Shown: positions 44,352 through 54,408 of the stretch, in pieces
Position numbering within the stretch: position 1 is the first letter of the stretch
Layout: each line of letters begins with the position of its first letter
Sequence record: NC_042093.1
DNA length: 64,000 nt
Strand: one strand, 5' to 3'
Source: Klebsiella phage Sugarland
Notes under the pieces: generated by a model
Databases searched by the model: none
Told to the model about the DNA's origin: nothing
Seen by the model: only the letters and a program-made list of their open reading frames with translations
Translations under genes and position numbers: made by a program

Positions 44352-45356
44352 TCAAATTTTCAATTTCGATTCGATAGTTTTAATACAGTACGCTTCTACC
44401 AGGGCGTCAAACACCGGATCATGTTTCGACGGGTAGACTCCCTCAGGGATCAGGTTGTAACGCTCGATTACGTCATGTGCGTATACTTCAGCACAACGTA
44501 CCAATGCTTTCCAGTCTCCTCCGAGAGCCTCAAAATAGTCACGTGGGTTACGGGCGCTAGAAATATCCCAAAACTTCCACGGAACGATCGCAGGGTCAGA
44601 GGGAGAAAAGACGTTAGCCTGAGCTGCCACTGTTTCGTAGATGGACATGTCGAACTGCGGGCCGTTGCCATAATGGCGCAGAGAACGAGTGTCGATGCCC
44701 TGTTCGTCGATAATGCCTTCGATTACCTGTTTCGCCTCTACGAATGGGCAAATCAGATCCATGAACGTATGCTTGGATACGGGTGATTCATGGGTCGGAT
44801 TGCAGACTAGAACGGTAGACTCACCGTCTTTAGCGTTCAGGGCTTCAATAATGGACAGCGACGGAGCACTACCAGCACGGGCCTCGTTCATCCAGAATGC
44901 AATAGTTCCGGCGGACACTTTAGCACCGAGGGCCAACTGCTGGGCAATGTTCGGGGTGCCTAAAACGATATACGGGTCTAGCGATAGATCTTTCAGCAGT
45001 ACAAAAGCGAAAGACGGCATAGCGATAAAGGTGCTCTTGCAGTCTCCCGGAGTTCCCAGAGATTCGATATCGCAAACAGAGATCCAGCGGTCTTGTAAGT
45101 TTTGCATATTGTTTCCTTTGTTATTAAAGTTGCTTCTAGATGTGCTACCACATTTAGAAGCCACCTCCGGTGGTGGCTTAGTCATATCTTCGGACACATC
45201 CCAGTTTTCTTCCATAGACGGCCAGTCAGCCGCCCAATCTTCAAGTTCTTCGTAGCACGAATCCATCAGTTCCCGGGAGTTGACCCTAGAGTAATCTAGG
45301 GCCGACTTATGTGTCGCTGCACGATTGAAATCGTTTTTAGCTACAAAATTTCGCAT
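44352..45356 (-). CDS. hypothetical protein
   Basis: 334 aa. Confidence 0.5.
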   Translation of the reverse strand: MRNFVAKNDFNRAATHKSALDYSRVNSRELMDSCYEELEDWAADWPSMEENWDVSEDMTKPPPEVASKCGSTSRSNFNNKGNNMQNLQDRWISVCDIESLGTPGDCKSTFIAMPSFAFVLLKDLSLDPYIVLGTPNIAQQLALGAKVSAGTIAFWMNEARAGSAPSLSIIEALNAKDGESTVLVCNPTHESPVSKHTFMDLICPFVEAKQVIEGIIDEQGIDTRSLRHYGNGPQFDMSIYETVAAQANVFSPSDPAIVPWKFWDISSARNPRDYFEALGGDWKALVRCAEVYAHDVIERYNLIPEGVYPSKHDPVFDALVEAYCIKTIESKLKI

Positions 45357-45766
45357 TATGCCTTCTTAGCGGGTTTGCGTTTTTGATTACGGGGTTTATT
45401 TGCCTTGCCCGTAAATTTAATACCTACGCCGTAGCACAGAGCGCGAACATTCTCACGGCTGTACTCGCAGCCAAAGATATTCGGCTTGACGCTACCGAAA
45501 CGGCCCTGGGTCTTACGCAGGACTTCTTTGGTGTCCGCCTTATCCGGCGTACTCCAGCCAACGATCTTCGAGACGTAGCCAGAGGTAGAACCCTTAGTTA
45601 CCGGCTTCTTACGACGCGGGGCCGGTTTGCCTACAGCTGATGCTGCTTGAGTATCAGCCGGATGTTTACGCAGATGACGCTCCAGACGTGCTTTGCGATT
45701 CGCTTCAGTTTTGGGAAAAGTTGCAACTTTGGTTTCTACTGCTTTTTTAGAGGTCTGCTTAGCCAT
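45356..45766 (-). CDS. basic Lys/Arg-rich protein, possibly DNA-binding
   Basis: 136 aa. Confidence 0.5.
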   Translation of the reverse strand: MAKQTSKKAVETKVATFPKTEANRKARLERHLRKHPADTQAASAVGKPAPRRKKPVTKGSTSGYVSKIVGWSTPDKADTKEVLRKTQGRFGSVKPNIFGCEYSRENVRALCYGVGIKFTGKANKPRNQKRKPAKKA

Positions 45767-45811
45767 GATTTATTTCCTTTGTTTTGATTGGTTTCGTTAA
45801 TTTATGAATCT

Positions 45812-45840
45812 ATTATACGTTAATTTTTAGCGTTTAGCAA
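45812..45840 (-). promoter_or_regulatory. early promoter TTGCTA-17-TATAAT
   Basis: minus strand. Confidence 0.5.
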
Positions 45841-46170
45841 CTGCGTTTTTTCATTTTCATCTACAAGCTCATCGAAGATGATGAACTCGTACCTGTTACC
45901 GCCCGATGTGCTTCGCTTGCTCTTCCGAGCTGATGTACTGGTACCCGCCTTTGTTGTACGCTGGGGCGGTACAGAGTTTCTTTCGCTCAATTTCTTTAAG
46001 AGCGGCTCGTTCTCTTTCAGCCATCTCAGGATCCAGGATTTCCCGTGCCTGCGGTCTTGGTGGTAGACGCGTAGAGGGTTCCCCGATTTTGACGCTTCCA
46101 GAAACGCGGCGTAGAGATCGAGCTGGTACTGTGGTACGTTTGGGAACAAATCCCTCAAATCTGGTGCCAT
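45820..46170 (-). CDS. hypothetical protein (frame chosen because of TAATG coupling)
   Basis: 116 aa; alternative frame 45896..46186 cannot be excluded. Confidence 0.35.
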   Translation of the reverse strand: MAPDLRDLFPNVPQYQLDLYAAFLEASKSGNPLRVYHQDRRHGKSWILRWLKENEPLLKKLSERNSVPPQRTTKAGTSTSARKSKRSTSGGNRYEFIIFDELVDENEKTQLLNAKN

Positions 46171-46331
46171 TATAATTCATCTCCACCCCTCAGAGCTTTC
46201 CACTCCGCTTCAAAGATTTGGGCTTCCATACGTGCGATTCGCAGTTTCATTACTACTCGATCCACGCCAGGCTCCATCAGGAGCACCTCATATTTCATTT
46301 CGCTAACTAAGCGGCGTAAATTCTCCAACAT
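46170..46331 (-). CDS. small hypothetical protein (53 aa)
   Basis: SD GGAGGATATGTG; TGATG coupling to rnh. Confidence 0.35.
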   Translation of the reverse strand: MLENLRRLVSEMKYEVLLMEPGVDRVVMKLRIARMEAQIFEAEWKALRGGDEL

Positions 46332-46813
46332 CACATATCCTCCATTTCCAGTTCGGTCATGCGAACATTTAGCAGGTTATCTGCAGCCTCATTACCCTCT
46401 ACACCGGAGTGACCCTTAACCTTAACGAAAGTTGGGATCTCATTATGGTTGAGACGATACTTCTTGAGTTCGTCAATAATCCACTTCCACTGGTCTAAGT
46501 TCAGAGGTGTATCACCATCTGCCTTCTTCCAGCCTTTACGTTCCCAGCCCCAAACCCAGGACTCACAACCATTCTTAACGTAGGTTGAGTCCAGATAGAT
46601 TGTCATTGGTCGGCCAGGGTTTTTGTTAGACCATAGCAGAGCCTCTAGGACTGCTTGAAGCTCCATCTCGTTGTTAGTTGTGTTGCGTTTGGGAGCAGAC
46701 TTGGTGCCGATTTGCTCTTCGCTGGAGTTGTAAACTACCATAGCCCAAGCACCAACGTTGTCTACCCCACGGGTATTACCGCGGCAACCACCATCAGTAT
46801 AAACATGAAACAT
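46331..46813 (-). CDS. rnh: ribonuclease H
   Basis: N-terminal YTDGGCRGN and RNase HI-like fold length (160 aa). Confidence 0.8.
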   Translation of the reverse strand: MFHVYTDGGCRGNTRGVDNVGAWAMVVYNSSEEQIGTKSAPKRNTTNNEMELQAVLEALLWSNKNPGRPMTIYLDSTYVKNGCESWVWGWERKGWKKADGDTPLNLDQWKWIIDELKKYRLNHNEIPTFVKVKGHSGVEGNEAADNLLNVRMTELEMEDM

Positions 46814-47088
46814 TATGCGTGCCCCCAGGAAATGGTAATTGATTCAGTATCACGTTGGTCAAACGGATGATTTACTTTTACTTCATAGCCCGCGTCCTTT
46901 AGGTCTTCCATAATCTGAGACCGTGCGGCGATAGGCAGACCATTCAGTGCGTAAGAATCTACTTCTGTTTTACCTGAGGAAGCTGACCCATCAATATTTG
47001 ATATAATAGATCTGCGAGCTGCTATAACTGCCATATCGTTAGACCTTTTGGCTTTAGCTGCCATTGCTTTTGCATCAGTAAAAGACAT
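46813..47088 (-). CDS. hypothetical protein
   Basis: start set to MSFTDAK, 8 nt after SD AGAGAGGA. Confidence 0.45.
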   Translation of the reverse strand: MSFTDAKAMAAKAKRSNDMAVIAARRSIISNIDGSASSGKTEVDSYALNGLPIAARSQIMEDLKDAGYEVKVNHPFDQRDTESITISWGHA

Positions 47089-47118
47089 ATTCATTTCCTC
47101 TCTCAAATTTATGAATCT

Positions 47119-47147
47119 ATTATATTAGAAATTCACGTGGTTTGCAA
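47119..47147 (-). promoter_or_regulatory. PN25-like early promoter TTGCAA-17-TATAAT plus TATAATAGATTCATAAATTTGAGAGAGGA
   Basis: near-identical to the classical T5 PN25 -10 and initial transcribed region. Confidence 0.65.
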
Positions 47148-47185
47148 ATGAATTTTTAATATAAGTGGCCCGAAGGCCACCTTAG

Positions 47186-47419
47186 TTATAGTAATTTAGC
47201 TGGAGGAACCAGTAAATTACTGTTATAGTCCCGCTTGGCTGTAGGGTTTTCTTTAGGCGGTTTAGGGGCAAACTGACGCATTAGTGCGTCCATGCCCTTG
47301 TACTTTACCATCCCTAGGATAACATCTATGTGCAATCCTGAGGATTGAACCAGAAACTTCAGCTGAGACTCCTCCCTTTCGGAGAAGGTTATTTTGGGGC
47401 GTCTGTTAAATAATCCCAT
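47186..47419 (-). CDS. hypothetical protein
   Basis: 77 aa. Confidence 0.4.
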   Translation of the reverse strand: MGLFNRRPKITFSEREESQLKFLVQSSGLHIDVILGMVKYKGMDALMRQFAPKPPKENPTAKRDYNSNLLVPPAKLL

Positions 47420-47425
47420 AAGTCC

Positions 47426-48280
47426 TCACGCGGTGAACGGATATGCAATAGGGTCATGAGACTTATACCCCACGATTTTAAAGTCGTCCTTAGAAACCCA
47501 GGTGAGTACGTCCTCTAGGGTTTTTATCTCCGGGTTGATCTCTAGACGGGGGGCCGGGAAAGGTTTGCGGTCGAATTGACCATGTTCCATGAGAACCTTG
47601 TACTGATTCTCGTAGATGTGCATATTTACTATACGTTGGTTTGCTCTGATTGCCCGGTTCCCTGTGATCTGGGCCATAAGCGCAAGAAACGTGTAGCATT
47701 GGACCATGTTAAAGGCTTGTCCCAATAGGAAGTCATTGGATCTCTGGAAGGAGTCGAGATACAGATTTCCATTGAGTAGCGAGAACTGGTGGGTATGCAT
47801 GCACGGTCGTAAGCATCCTTGATCAAATTCGCCAGGGTTCCAGAAGGTGAGAATCTCTCCGCGGTCATCAATGCCTCGTCGTAAATTCTCATAGATCTTA
47901 TAGAGTTGGTCAAAGTGGGAGCCATCCGGTCGAAGCCACGTTCTGCCCTGTACTCCATAGACTCTACCCATATCGTCGGTTCCCTTTCTGTTAGGGTTGA
48001 CCAGCCACGCCTCGTTTTCGTTGGCGTTAGCGTTCCACGTATTGCAGCCGATAGCACGGAATTGCTCTGCGGAATCATATCCTCGCAGATATCCGATAAG
48101 CTCCATGATGGCCTGAAGGGCATACGCTTTACGAGTTGTAATAAGTGGGAATTTCTTTCCGAGTACATCATATTCAAAGTTTGACCCTATTACGGTTAAA
48201 CAACGAACCCCCGTTCGAGGGTTCTCCAGCCAGACACCTTCTTCGAGAATGCGTTTGCCTTCATTAATATAGTGAATCAC
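47426..48280 (-). CDS. thyA: thymidylate synthase
   Basis: 284 aa; active-site region [10 protein letters not shown] and FWNPGEF resemble ThyA. Confidence 0.75.
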   Translation of the reverse strand: MIHYINEGKRILEEGVWLENPRTGVRCLTVIGSNFEYDVLGKKFPLITTRKAYALQAIMELIGYLRGYDSAEQFRAIGCNTWNANANENEAWLVNPNRKGTDDMGRVYGVQGRTWLRPDGSHFDQLYKIYENLRRGIDDRGEILTFWNPGEFDQGCLRPCMHTHQFSLLNGNLYLDSFQRSNDFLLGQAFNMVQCYTFLALMAQITGNRAIRANQRIVNMHIYENQYKVLMEHGQFDRKPFPAPRLEINPEIKTLEDVLTWVSKDDFKIVGYKSHDPIAYPFTA

Positions 48281-48840
48281 AGATAGACTCCCTCCATAAC
48301 AAAACGATAGCGCTCATTTTCCCCAGAAGCTACATGAGTTACTACAGCATCCGGAGGAGTGGACGTAAGTATCGGGTGCTCCAGATACATAATGTGGTCT
48401 AGGCTTGGTACTGTACCAGCCTTAGGATAAATAGTGGAGCGATAGATCGCATCCAGACAGCCCATAGTTGCTAGAGTTTCTAGCAGAGCTTTCCCTCCTA
48501 TGCAGACTACCTCAACTTCATTACAGAAGTCCCGAATTTTGGGACCCAAGTGGGTGATAAACCGCACATTACGAGGCGGGTTTTTTATCAGAATTGGGGA
48601 TACCGAACCTACTACGTACACCATGGATTTCTTCTCCAGTGCCTTTTTCAGTCGGGGAGGGGCCGTTGTGTAGGTATTATGGCCCAGGATAACAACCTGG
48701 TAGGTATCCAGGATTTTGTAGAACTGTTCTAGCTCCTCGGGAATGGAGCCCCAGGGAAGTTCCCCGTAGGCATCCAGTGTGGCCGGATTAAAAATCCCGA
48801 AGGCTCCATCAACTCGCATTGCGTATAAAGCTGTAATCAT
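48277..48840 (-). CDS. frd: dihydrofolate reductase
   Basis: 187 aa; N-terminal [15 protein letters not shown]; position between thyA and nrdB, ATGA overlaps. Confidence 0.55.
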   Translation of the reverse strand: MITALYAMRVDGAFGIFNPATLDAYGELPWGSIPEELEQFYKILDTYQVVILGHNTYTTAPPRLKKALEKKSMVYVVGSVSPILIKNPPRNVRFITHLGPKIRDFCNEVEVVCIGGKALLETLATMGCLDAIYRSTIYPKAGTVPSLDHIMYLEHPILTSTPPDAVVTHVASGENERYRFVMEGVYL

Positions 48841-49997
48841 TACAGAAACTCTCCAAATTCGTCAGACAGATCGTCCGGGTTAGCCTGAGATGTTGCACCA
48901 ACACGATAGTTGGTAATCTGTGCTTCTTGTGGTGCTACCTGCTGGTTCTTGGTGTTCAGCCAACCTTTCATCCAGCCAATCGGGTCTTCCATAATTACCG
49001 GGAGATCTTCCGGCCACGGAATGTTGATTGCCATAAACGCCAGGCGTGCGTTGTAATACAGGTACTCTACCAGCAAATCGGCGTTCAGACCCGGAATATC
49101 TTCGCCTTCCGGGAAAATATAATGCGCCCAGTTAATTTCTGTCTCCAAAATGCTGCGCAGGATCTTGGGAGCGTTAGCCTGAGCTGCTGCTACAACATGG
49201 GGAGGAAATTCTCCGCTCTGGATAATACGCAGAACTTCCATCGCCATAACGGTGTGGAGCGCTTCGTCTTTCGCGATAAGCTGTAAGTTCTTAGCGATAC
49301 CCGTCAGAATATCGTTCTCCGCCAGAGCAAAGGTACATGCAAATGATGCGTAGAACATAATGGCTTCTAGGGCGTATACAGCGTAGTAGAACTCCAGGAT
49401 TTTCTGCTGTAATTGTTCGGTCAGCTCTTGGAATTCATGCGGCGACAGGCACATGACGTCATCTTCCTGGGCCAGCTCAATTGCCTCTCGTTCTTTAAGC
49501 CAAATCTCTGCTAGTTCGGCCAGCTCATCGATAACAGAAACCGGCAGTGCTAGACGTGCAAATGCTTCGTCGTTAGCCTGTACAGTCGCAATGAAGTCGC
49601 CCGGATTAGGGAGAACGTTGCGAATAATGTTGGAATACGCACGACTGTGAATATTCTCAAAGTAGCTCCACTGAATAAGCATACCTTCCAGCTCAGGACG
49701 AGATACCAGTTTCAAAATAGCATCTTCTGGAGCACGGGTGATAATGGAGTCGGCTTGAGTTTGCCAGGCTAAGTTCAGCAGGGTCTTGTTTTTAATATGC
49801 TGAGGCAGATTAGGCCATTGTTTTTTGTCGTTTTCCAGGGAGATTTCTGTTTCTACCCAGAACTGAGAACGCTGTAGCAGCGCTAAGTCTTCTAAGCGCT
49901 GGTATTTTACGTTGACATAGTCGGCAATCCCAAGCTCTTGACCCAGGAATAGTTTAGATTCCTTGTGATCCCATTCGCGATTAAATACTGTAGACAT
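48840..49997 (-). CDS. nrdB: ribonucleotide reductase small subunit
   Basis: 385 aa; di-iron ligand motifs (DEALHT..E..). Confidence 0.8.
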   Translation of the reverse strand: MSTVFNREWDHKESKLFLGQELGIADYVNVKYQRLEDLALLQRSQFWVETEISLENDKKQWPNLPQHIKNKTLLNLAWQTQADSIITRAPEDAILKLVSRPELEGMLIQWSYFENIHSRAYSNIIRNVLPNPGDFIATVQANDEAFARLALPVSVIDELAELAEIWLKEREAIELAQEDDVMCLSPHEFQELTEQLQQKILEFYYAVYALEAIMFYASFACTFALAENDILTGIAKNLQLIAKDEALHTVMAMEVLRIIQSGEFPPHVVAAAQANAPKILRSILETEINWAHYIFPEGEDIPGLNADLLVEYLYYNARLAFMAINIPWPEDLPVIMEDPIGWMKGWLNTKNQQVAPQEAQITNYRVGATSQANPDDLSDEFGEFL

Positions 49998-50488
49998 TAG
50001 ATTTCTCCGTTATTTGCAAATTCTCCATGAAGTTCGGCTAACTTGGAGTCTCTCCACTTTATAGCCTCTTCAAGAGTTTTCAGTGTTTTTGTGTATGATT
50101 TGCCCTGCTTCCCGATTCGTACTTGGAATGAATTGCCTTTAGGTCTTATATTTTTCATACCAAATTCGTTGTCACTACGCACCCTAGAGTTCATAGAATT
50201 TTGGGAGCTGGTGGCTTTTCTCAAGTTATCCCACTTACAGTTACGTGGGTCATTATCTTTGTGGTCTATCTTGCCTTCTGGTAACTCTCCAGTCATGTAC
50301 AGAAAAGCTAGGCGATGAGCTAAATACTGAATCCCGTCCACTTTAATGCGTAAGTACCCTAGATGGTCGTAAGTTCCGGCCTCAGCACCCCAATACATCT
50401 TTGGCAGCATCTTTCTAGGTTTCCACGTGAAAACTCCAGTAGAGGGATCGTAGGAGATTAGCTCTTTAAGTTCTTCTCTCGATTTCAT
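49997..50488 (-). CDS. HNH homing endonuclease between nrdB and nrdA
   Basis: IDHKDNDPRNCKWDNLRKATSSQN HNH motif; start set to MKSREEL because the promoter -10 lies 6 nt upstream (leaderless). Confidence 0.65.
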   Translation of the reverse strand: MKSREELKELISYDPSTGVFTWKPRKMLPKMYWGAEAGTYDHLGYLRIKVDGIQYLAHRLAFLYMTGELPEGKIDHKDNDPRNCKWDNLRKATSSQNSMNSRVRSDNEFGMKNIRPKGNSFQVRIGKQGKSYTKTLKTLEEAIKWRDSKLAELHGEFANNGEI

Positions 50489-50494
50489 GTGAAT

Positions 50495-50524
50495 ATTATA
50501 ACAAAAAATCCAACCTACTTGCAA
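50495..50524 (-). promoter_or_regulatory. sigma70 promoter TTGCAA-18-TATAAT immediately abutting the HNH start codon
   Basis: minus strand TTGCAAGTAGGTTGGATTTTTTGTTATAATATTCACATG. Confidence 0.45.
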
Positions 50525-50557
50525 ATAAAATTTTGCTTTCGGTTGGATCGAGCTTAA

Positions 50558-52882
50558 TTATAGAGTACAACCGCCACTGGAACAACCCTGCTCTGCTGCA
50601 GAGCCTCCGGTATCTACGTCAAAGTTTGCGTAGTAGAGGTTCTTAATCCCATATTTAGTGGAGTTAAGGAGATCTTTGATAATCTCAGTACCCGGAATAA
50701 TACCTCCAGGATATTTGTTAAAGTCGTAGTACAGGTTGGCGCTAATAGCCTGATCCGTGAACTTCTGCAGAACCGCTAACCACTTGATGTGCTCAGTACG
50801 GTCAATATCGAACGCATACTTATAGGACTGCATGGTGTCCCAATCGTCTAGACCCGGAGCTACAGTAATTACTTTGTTAACGCCCGAAGTCTTGATAGTT
50901 ACTGCACTGCGAGGAGGCTCTACTGCGTTGGTAACACCAATCAGAACAGAGCTAGACTCTCCCGGCATACTTGCAGTCAGGACAGAGTTGCGCATACCAT
51001 GAGTTTTGATCTCTTCACGGAGGCTCTCCCAGTCCATTTCTAGACCTACGGAAACCAGGTCATCCACAGTCTTCTTGTAAGTATCGATTAATAGCGTGCC
51101 ATCAGAAGTGTGAGTACGGTGGAACCATTCACATGGGCCAACTTCTTTTGCCAGACGTACAGACGCTTTGTGAAGGAAGAACGATGCCTTCTCTGCCTCA
51201 CGGTGGATCCAGTTACGGGCTTCTTCGCCTTCGAATGCCAGGCCTTCAGCGGCCATCGCTCCTGCGGCGTTCATCAGTCCAATACCTACGTTACGGCGGC
51301 GTAATGCCGTGTACTTCATAGCTGGGAACGGATAGTGCTGAATCTCGATAATGGTATCAACGAACTTCAATAGGATGTAGGAGATCTTCTCCCATTCTTC
51401 CAGGGTTTTGATACGACCTAAGGCGAATCCACCTAAGTTGCACAGAGATACTTCCCCATACTCTGAAACATCCATTTTATCCAGTTCTTCGTCTGTACGG
51501 TACAGATCTACTACATGAGGGATCGGGAACGTTGGCTGTACAATCTCAACACAAAGGTTGGACATACGCACCGGATCTTTGTAGCGGCTGTTGCGGTTCA
51601 CTTCACCAGCATCCATAGTGTACAGGCGACCAGTTTCCATACGTACAGTTTTCCAGAACTCAATCAGTTCTGCGGCAGGGATCACCGGGGCTACAGGTAG
51701 AACTTCACCCTTGAAACCACGTTTGGTAACACCCGCTAGACGTTTTTCGGCTGCGATGTATAGACGTTCAAATTCTGCTACGTCGCCAGAGTCAAACGCT
51801 GCGTATACTTCGGGAGCGTACAGGAAACTCATCAGTGTGATGTTCTCTTTACGCAGGAAGCGTTTCAGGAGAATACTGTTAAACTTCAGGTTGTAGTCCA
51901 TCTTATCGATTTTCTTTTCATCAGGGGAACGGTTGCTCTTAGCTTCCATTACCTGAATGATTTCCGGATCGAAGAACGCAGTGTAAACAGTTGCAGAACC
52001 ACCACGAGACTGCTGAGTGTTAGCTTTTACGGAGCGGTCGATGTGTCGATAATATGGCAGTTTTCCAGAGTGTGGGAACGCGCCTTTTCGCACCGGATCA
52101 GCAATTGATCTACTCTCAAGATGATAGCCGATCCCTGCTCGGGCAGCGACCATTTTGAAGACGACGTGCTCTGCTGCGTCAATGGAGTCCAGGGTGTCAG
52201 TACCATCAACAAGACAGCAAGAAGCGAAGCCCCTGTCAGCGCTCCGAAGGCCCACGAGCGGCGGAGTTGGGACGTTGATTTTCTGTAGCGACAGCGCGTT
52301 ATAAAGGTCGATTGCATCGAGCATACTCCAGTGAGGTTGAGAAAGCATTGCCATTGCCATACCCATGTAGGCAAACTGCGGAGTTTCATAGATCTCTTCC
52401 GTATAAATATTACGTCTAGAGTATTTATCCATGAACTGCTTCAGACCAGCATTAGTGAACAGTTCGTCACGGCTATGGTCGATAACTTCGTTTAGAGCTT
52501 CAAACTGGTCGTCAGAGATCCAGCCGCTCATATCTTCCCACGCTCCCAGCTCTACCATGTGGTCGTGGAAGAAACGCAGAGATGGTGGGGTGTAAGAATC
52601 AAACAGGTTCTTACGGAGCTGGGCTAAACGCAGCTCTAGGGCGAATCGGTCGTAACGATGATCACGCTCGATCATTGATTCGGCAGACTTAATCAGCATT
52701 GTTTGCAGATCGTCTGAGTGTACATCACCTTTCGGCAGGTTCTTAACTGCGGCTACCGCTACCGGAGACCACGGCACATCGCTTCGGATTCCGATGTATT
52801 TTGCCCAGTCATTCAGCTTCTGGGCCATGAACGGTTCTTTTGTACCGTCACGCTTGATAACGTATTCAATACGTTGGGTCAT
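50558..52882 (-). CDS. nrdA: ribonucleotide reductase large subunit
   Basis: ATP-cone start MTQRIEYVIKRDGTKEPF with SD AAGGAG; C-terminal CSSGGC; track start extended 20 codons. Confidence 0.85.
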   Translation of the reverse strand: MTQRIEYVIKRDGTKEPFMAQKLNDWAKYIGIRSDVPWSPVAVAAVKNLPKGDVHSDDLQTMLIKSAESMIERDHRYDRFALELRLAQLRKNLFDSYTPPSLRFFHDHMVELGAWEDMSGWISDDQFEALNEVIDHSRDELFTNAGLKQFMDKYSRRNIYTEEIYETPQFAYMGMAMAMLSQPHWSMLDAIDLYNALSLQKINVPTPPLVGLRSADRGFASCCLVDGTDTLDSIDAAEHVVFKMVAARAGIGYHLESRSIADPVRKGAFPHSGKLPYYRHIDRSVKANTQQSRGGSATVYTAFFDPEIIQVMEAKSNRSPDEKKIDKMDYNLKFNSILLKRFLRKENITLMSFLYAPEVYAAFDSGDVAEFERLYIAAEKRLAGVTKRGFKGEVLPVAPVIPAAELIEFWKTVRMETGRLYTMDAGEVNRNSRYKDPVRMSNLCVEIVQPTFPIPHVVDLYRTDEELDKMDVSEYGEVSLCNLGGFALGRIKTLEEWEKISYILLKFVDTIIEIQHYPFPAMKYTALRRRNVGIGLMNAAGAMAAEGLAFEGEEARNWIHREAEKASFFLHKASVRLAKEVGPCEWFHRTHTSDGTLLIDTYKKTVDDLVSVGLEMDWESLREEIKTHGMRNSVLTASMPGESSSVLIGVTNAVEPPRSAVTIKTSGVNKVITVAPGLDDWDTMQSYKYAFDIDRTEHIKWLAVLQKFTDQAISANLYYDFNKYPGGIIPGTEIIKDLLNSTKYGIKNLYYANFDVDTGGSAAEQGCSSGGCTL

Positions 52883-52960
52883 TGGTAACTCCTTTTGGAA
52901 GTTGTCAGGATTTAAAAGATATTCTACTTTGTTTTCGGCCATTTTGCAAATGAGATTTTA

Positions 52961-52996
52961 CAGACAAAAACAGGCAACCCCTTTCGAGGCTGCCTG
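52961..52996 (-). terminator. intrinsic terminator
   Basis: minus strand CAGGCAGCCTCGAAAGGGGTTGCCTG then TTTTTGTCTG. Confidence 0.55.
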
Positions 52997-53010
52997 TGTG
53001 TCGGTCTACT

Positions 53011-53220
53011 TTAATAAAAGTGTAATTTTTTCATTCGACTAACTAACTCTTTAGTACCGAGGGGTTGGTTAGGAAACTCGTTTGCTATCTTGAAAGCGGC
53101 ATGGTGTCGCCGCTCATCCTCAGGATAGTTAGCATTGTATTTATTGACTGTTGCCAGGGATACTGGATGCACTTTCGTTTTACGAGTGCGGAAGTTGTTC
53201 AGTGTAAATACGTTGTTCAT
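53011..53220 (-). CDS. small hypothetical protein
   Basis: 69 aa. Confidence 0.4.
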   Translation of the reverse strand: MNNVFTLNNFRTRKTKVHPVSLATVNKYNANYPEDERRHHAAFKIANEFPNQPLGTKELVSRMKKLHFY

Positions 53221-53235
53221 ACGCGCTCCTAGAGT

Positions 53236-53348
53236 TAGAGGTCAGGACGTTCGTCGTGAGAAGTGATACCTTCACCGAAGCCTACGAAGCCACAGTTTTC
53301 TTCAGAGGTAATACCCTCACCATAACCAATGATCAGTTCAGTAACCAT
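53236..53348 (-). CDS. 37-aa repeat peptide MVTELIIGYGEGITSEENCGFVGFGEGITSHDERPDL
   Basis: internal duplication G(Y/F)GEGITS; weak SD. Confidence 0.2.
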
Positions 53349-53349
53349 A

Positions 53350-54099
53350 TTAGATTCCCATATCGTTAAAGATTGCCTGGAATGCTTTGGATTCAGCGGA
53401 ACGCACGTTATCATGCAACTCTACTAAGGAGAATGGCACATGTTCGTACTGATCGTAGATATCCATGATCAGTTGCAGACCAGAGTCGGATTTAATGTCT
53501 TTCTGCGCTACGTCGCCACAGATTACTAATTTGCAATCCTGACCTACGCGGGTTAGAATACACTTCATTGCTTCTACGGAGATATTTTGAGCTTCGTCAA
53601 CAATTACATAAGAATTGTTGAAGGTACGACCGCGTGCATGTTCGATAGCAAGGTATTGGATTGCCTTGCGTTCAACCAGCCCCTGATAAGAACGTTCCCC
53701 CAAGGCCCATTTAAAGCCATCGGCGATGGGTTCTAACCACGGTGCCATTTTCTCGTTCAGATCCCCTGGCAGCATCCCTAGAGATTTGCCAAGCGGTTCG
53801 TTAGGTCGAACAAGAATGAACTTCTCGTACACAGAACCCGGCTTTGCCAACTCTTGAGCAGCGAGGACAGATGGGATAAACGTTTTACCCGTACCTGCTT
53901 CCCCAATACCAACTGTCACCGTAAAGTTACGGATGGTGCTGATATAGTGCTTTTGCTCAGCGTTCTTCGGCTTGAGTTCTTTTGCGGTTGGTTGAAAACG
54001 CTCCCGTGCTTCAAAATCAACGGGGATGACGTTTTCGTGACGTTCACGTTTTGCGCTACCGTTACGGCGCGACTCCTTACGACGTGCTGCTTTTCTCAT
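53350..54099 (-). CDS. phoH: PhoH-like ATPase
   Basis: Walker A GEAGTGKTF; 249 aa. Confidence 0.8.
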   Translation of the reverse strand: MRKAARRKESRRNGSAKRERHENVIPVDFEARERFQPTAKELKPKNAEQKHYISTIRNFTVTVGIGEAGTGKTFIPSVLAAQELAKPGSVYEKFILVRPNEPLGKSLGMLPGDLNEKMAPWLEPIADGFKWALGERSYQGLVERKAIQYLAIEHARGRTFNNSYVIVDEAQNISVEAMKCILTRVGQDCKLVICGDVAQKDIKSDSGLQLIMDIYDQYEHVPFSLVELHDNVRSAESKAFQAIFNDMGI

Positions 54100-54162
54100 T
54101 GCGATCTCCTTAGAGGTCTACAGAGGGTCAAATTTCGACCATGTTTATCAATTTAGAATACC

Positions 54163-54191
54163 AGTATACCAAGTTTTGGCGTGGATTGCAA
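54163..54191 (-). promoter_or_regulatory. early promoter TTGCAA-17-TATACT
   Basis: minus strand. Confidence 0.45.
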
Positions 54192-54357
54192 CTGAAATTT
54201 TCTAGGATGATATGGAGGACGGATCCTTTCCTTTATTCGCGCGATGCGCGGGCGCACACGAATAATATAAAATGAGGGAGATAAGCAAATAAAATTTTCC
54301 AGTTTTTATTGTTTTGATGATCCAGATCAAGTTACTGTTGATTATAATAAAATAAGG

Positions 54358-54386
54358 TTGACATGGCTGTGTCTATTTGATATAAT
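54358..54386 (+). promoter_or_regulatory. perfect-consensus sigma70 promoter TTGACA-17-TATAAT
   Basis: plus strand, 20 nt upstream of SD CTGGAGGAA of nrdD. Confidence 0.65.
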
Positions 54387-54408
54387 ATATGCCTAACTGG
54401 AGGAATAT

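Noticed and set aside
45896-46186. Alternative 96-aa reading frame fully overlapping 45820..46170
   Set aside because: Its start lies inside the upstream small ORF, with an SD abutting the ATG. The other frame starts with a TAATG coupling typical of this genome. Still not excluded.
52921-52942. Track start of nrdA (MAENKVEYLL...)
   Set aside because: No SD, and it sits within the terminator tail. An internal Met 20 codons later has a perfect AAGGAG ribosome site and begins the ATP-cone consensus.
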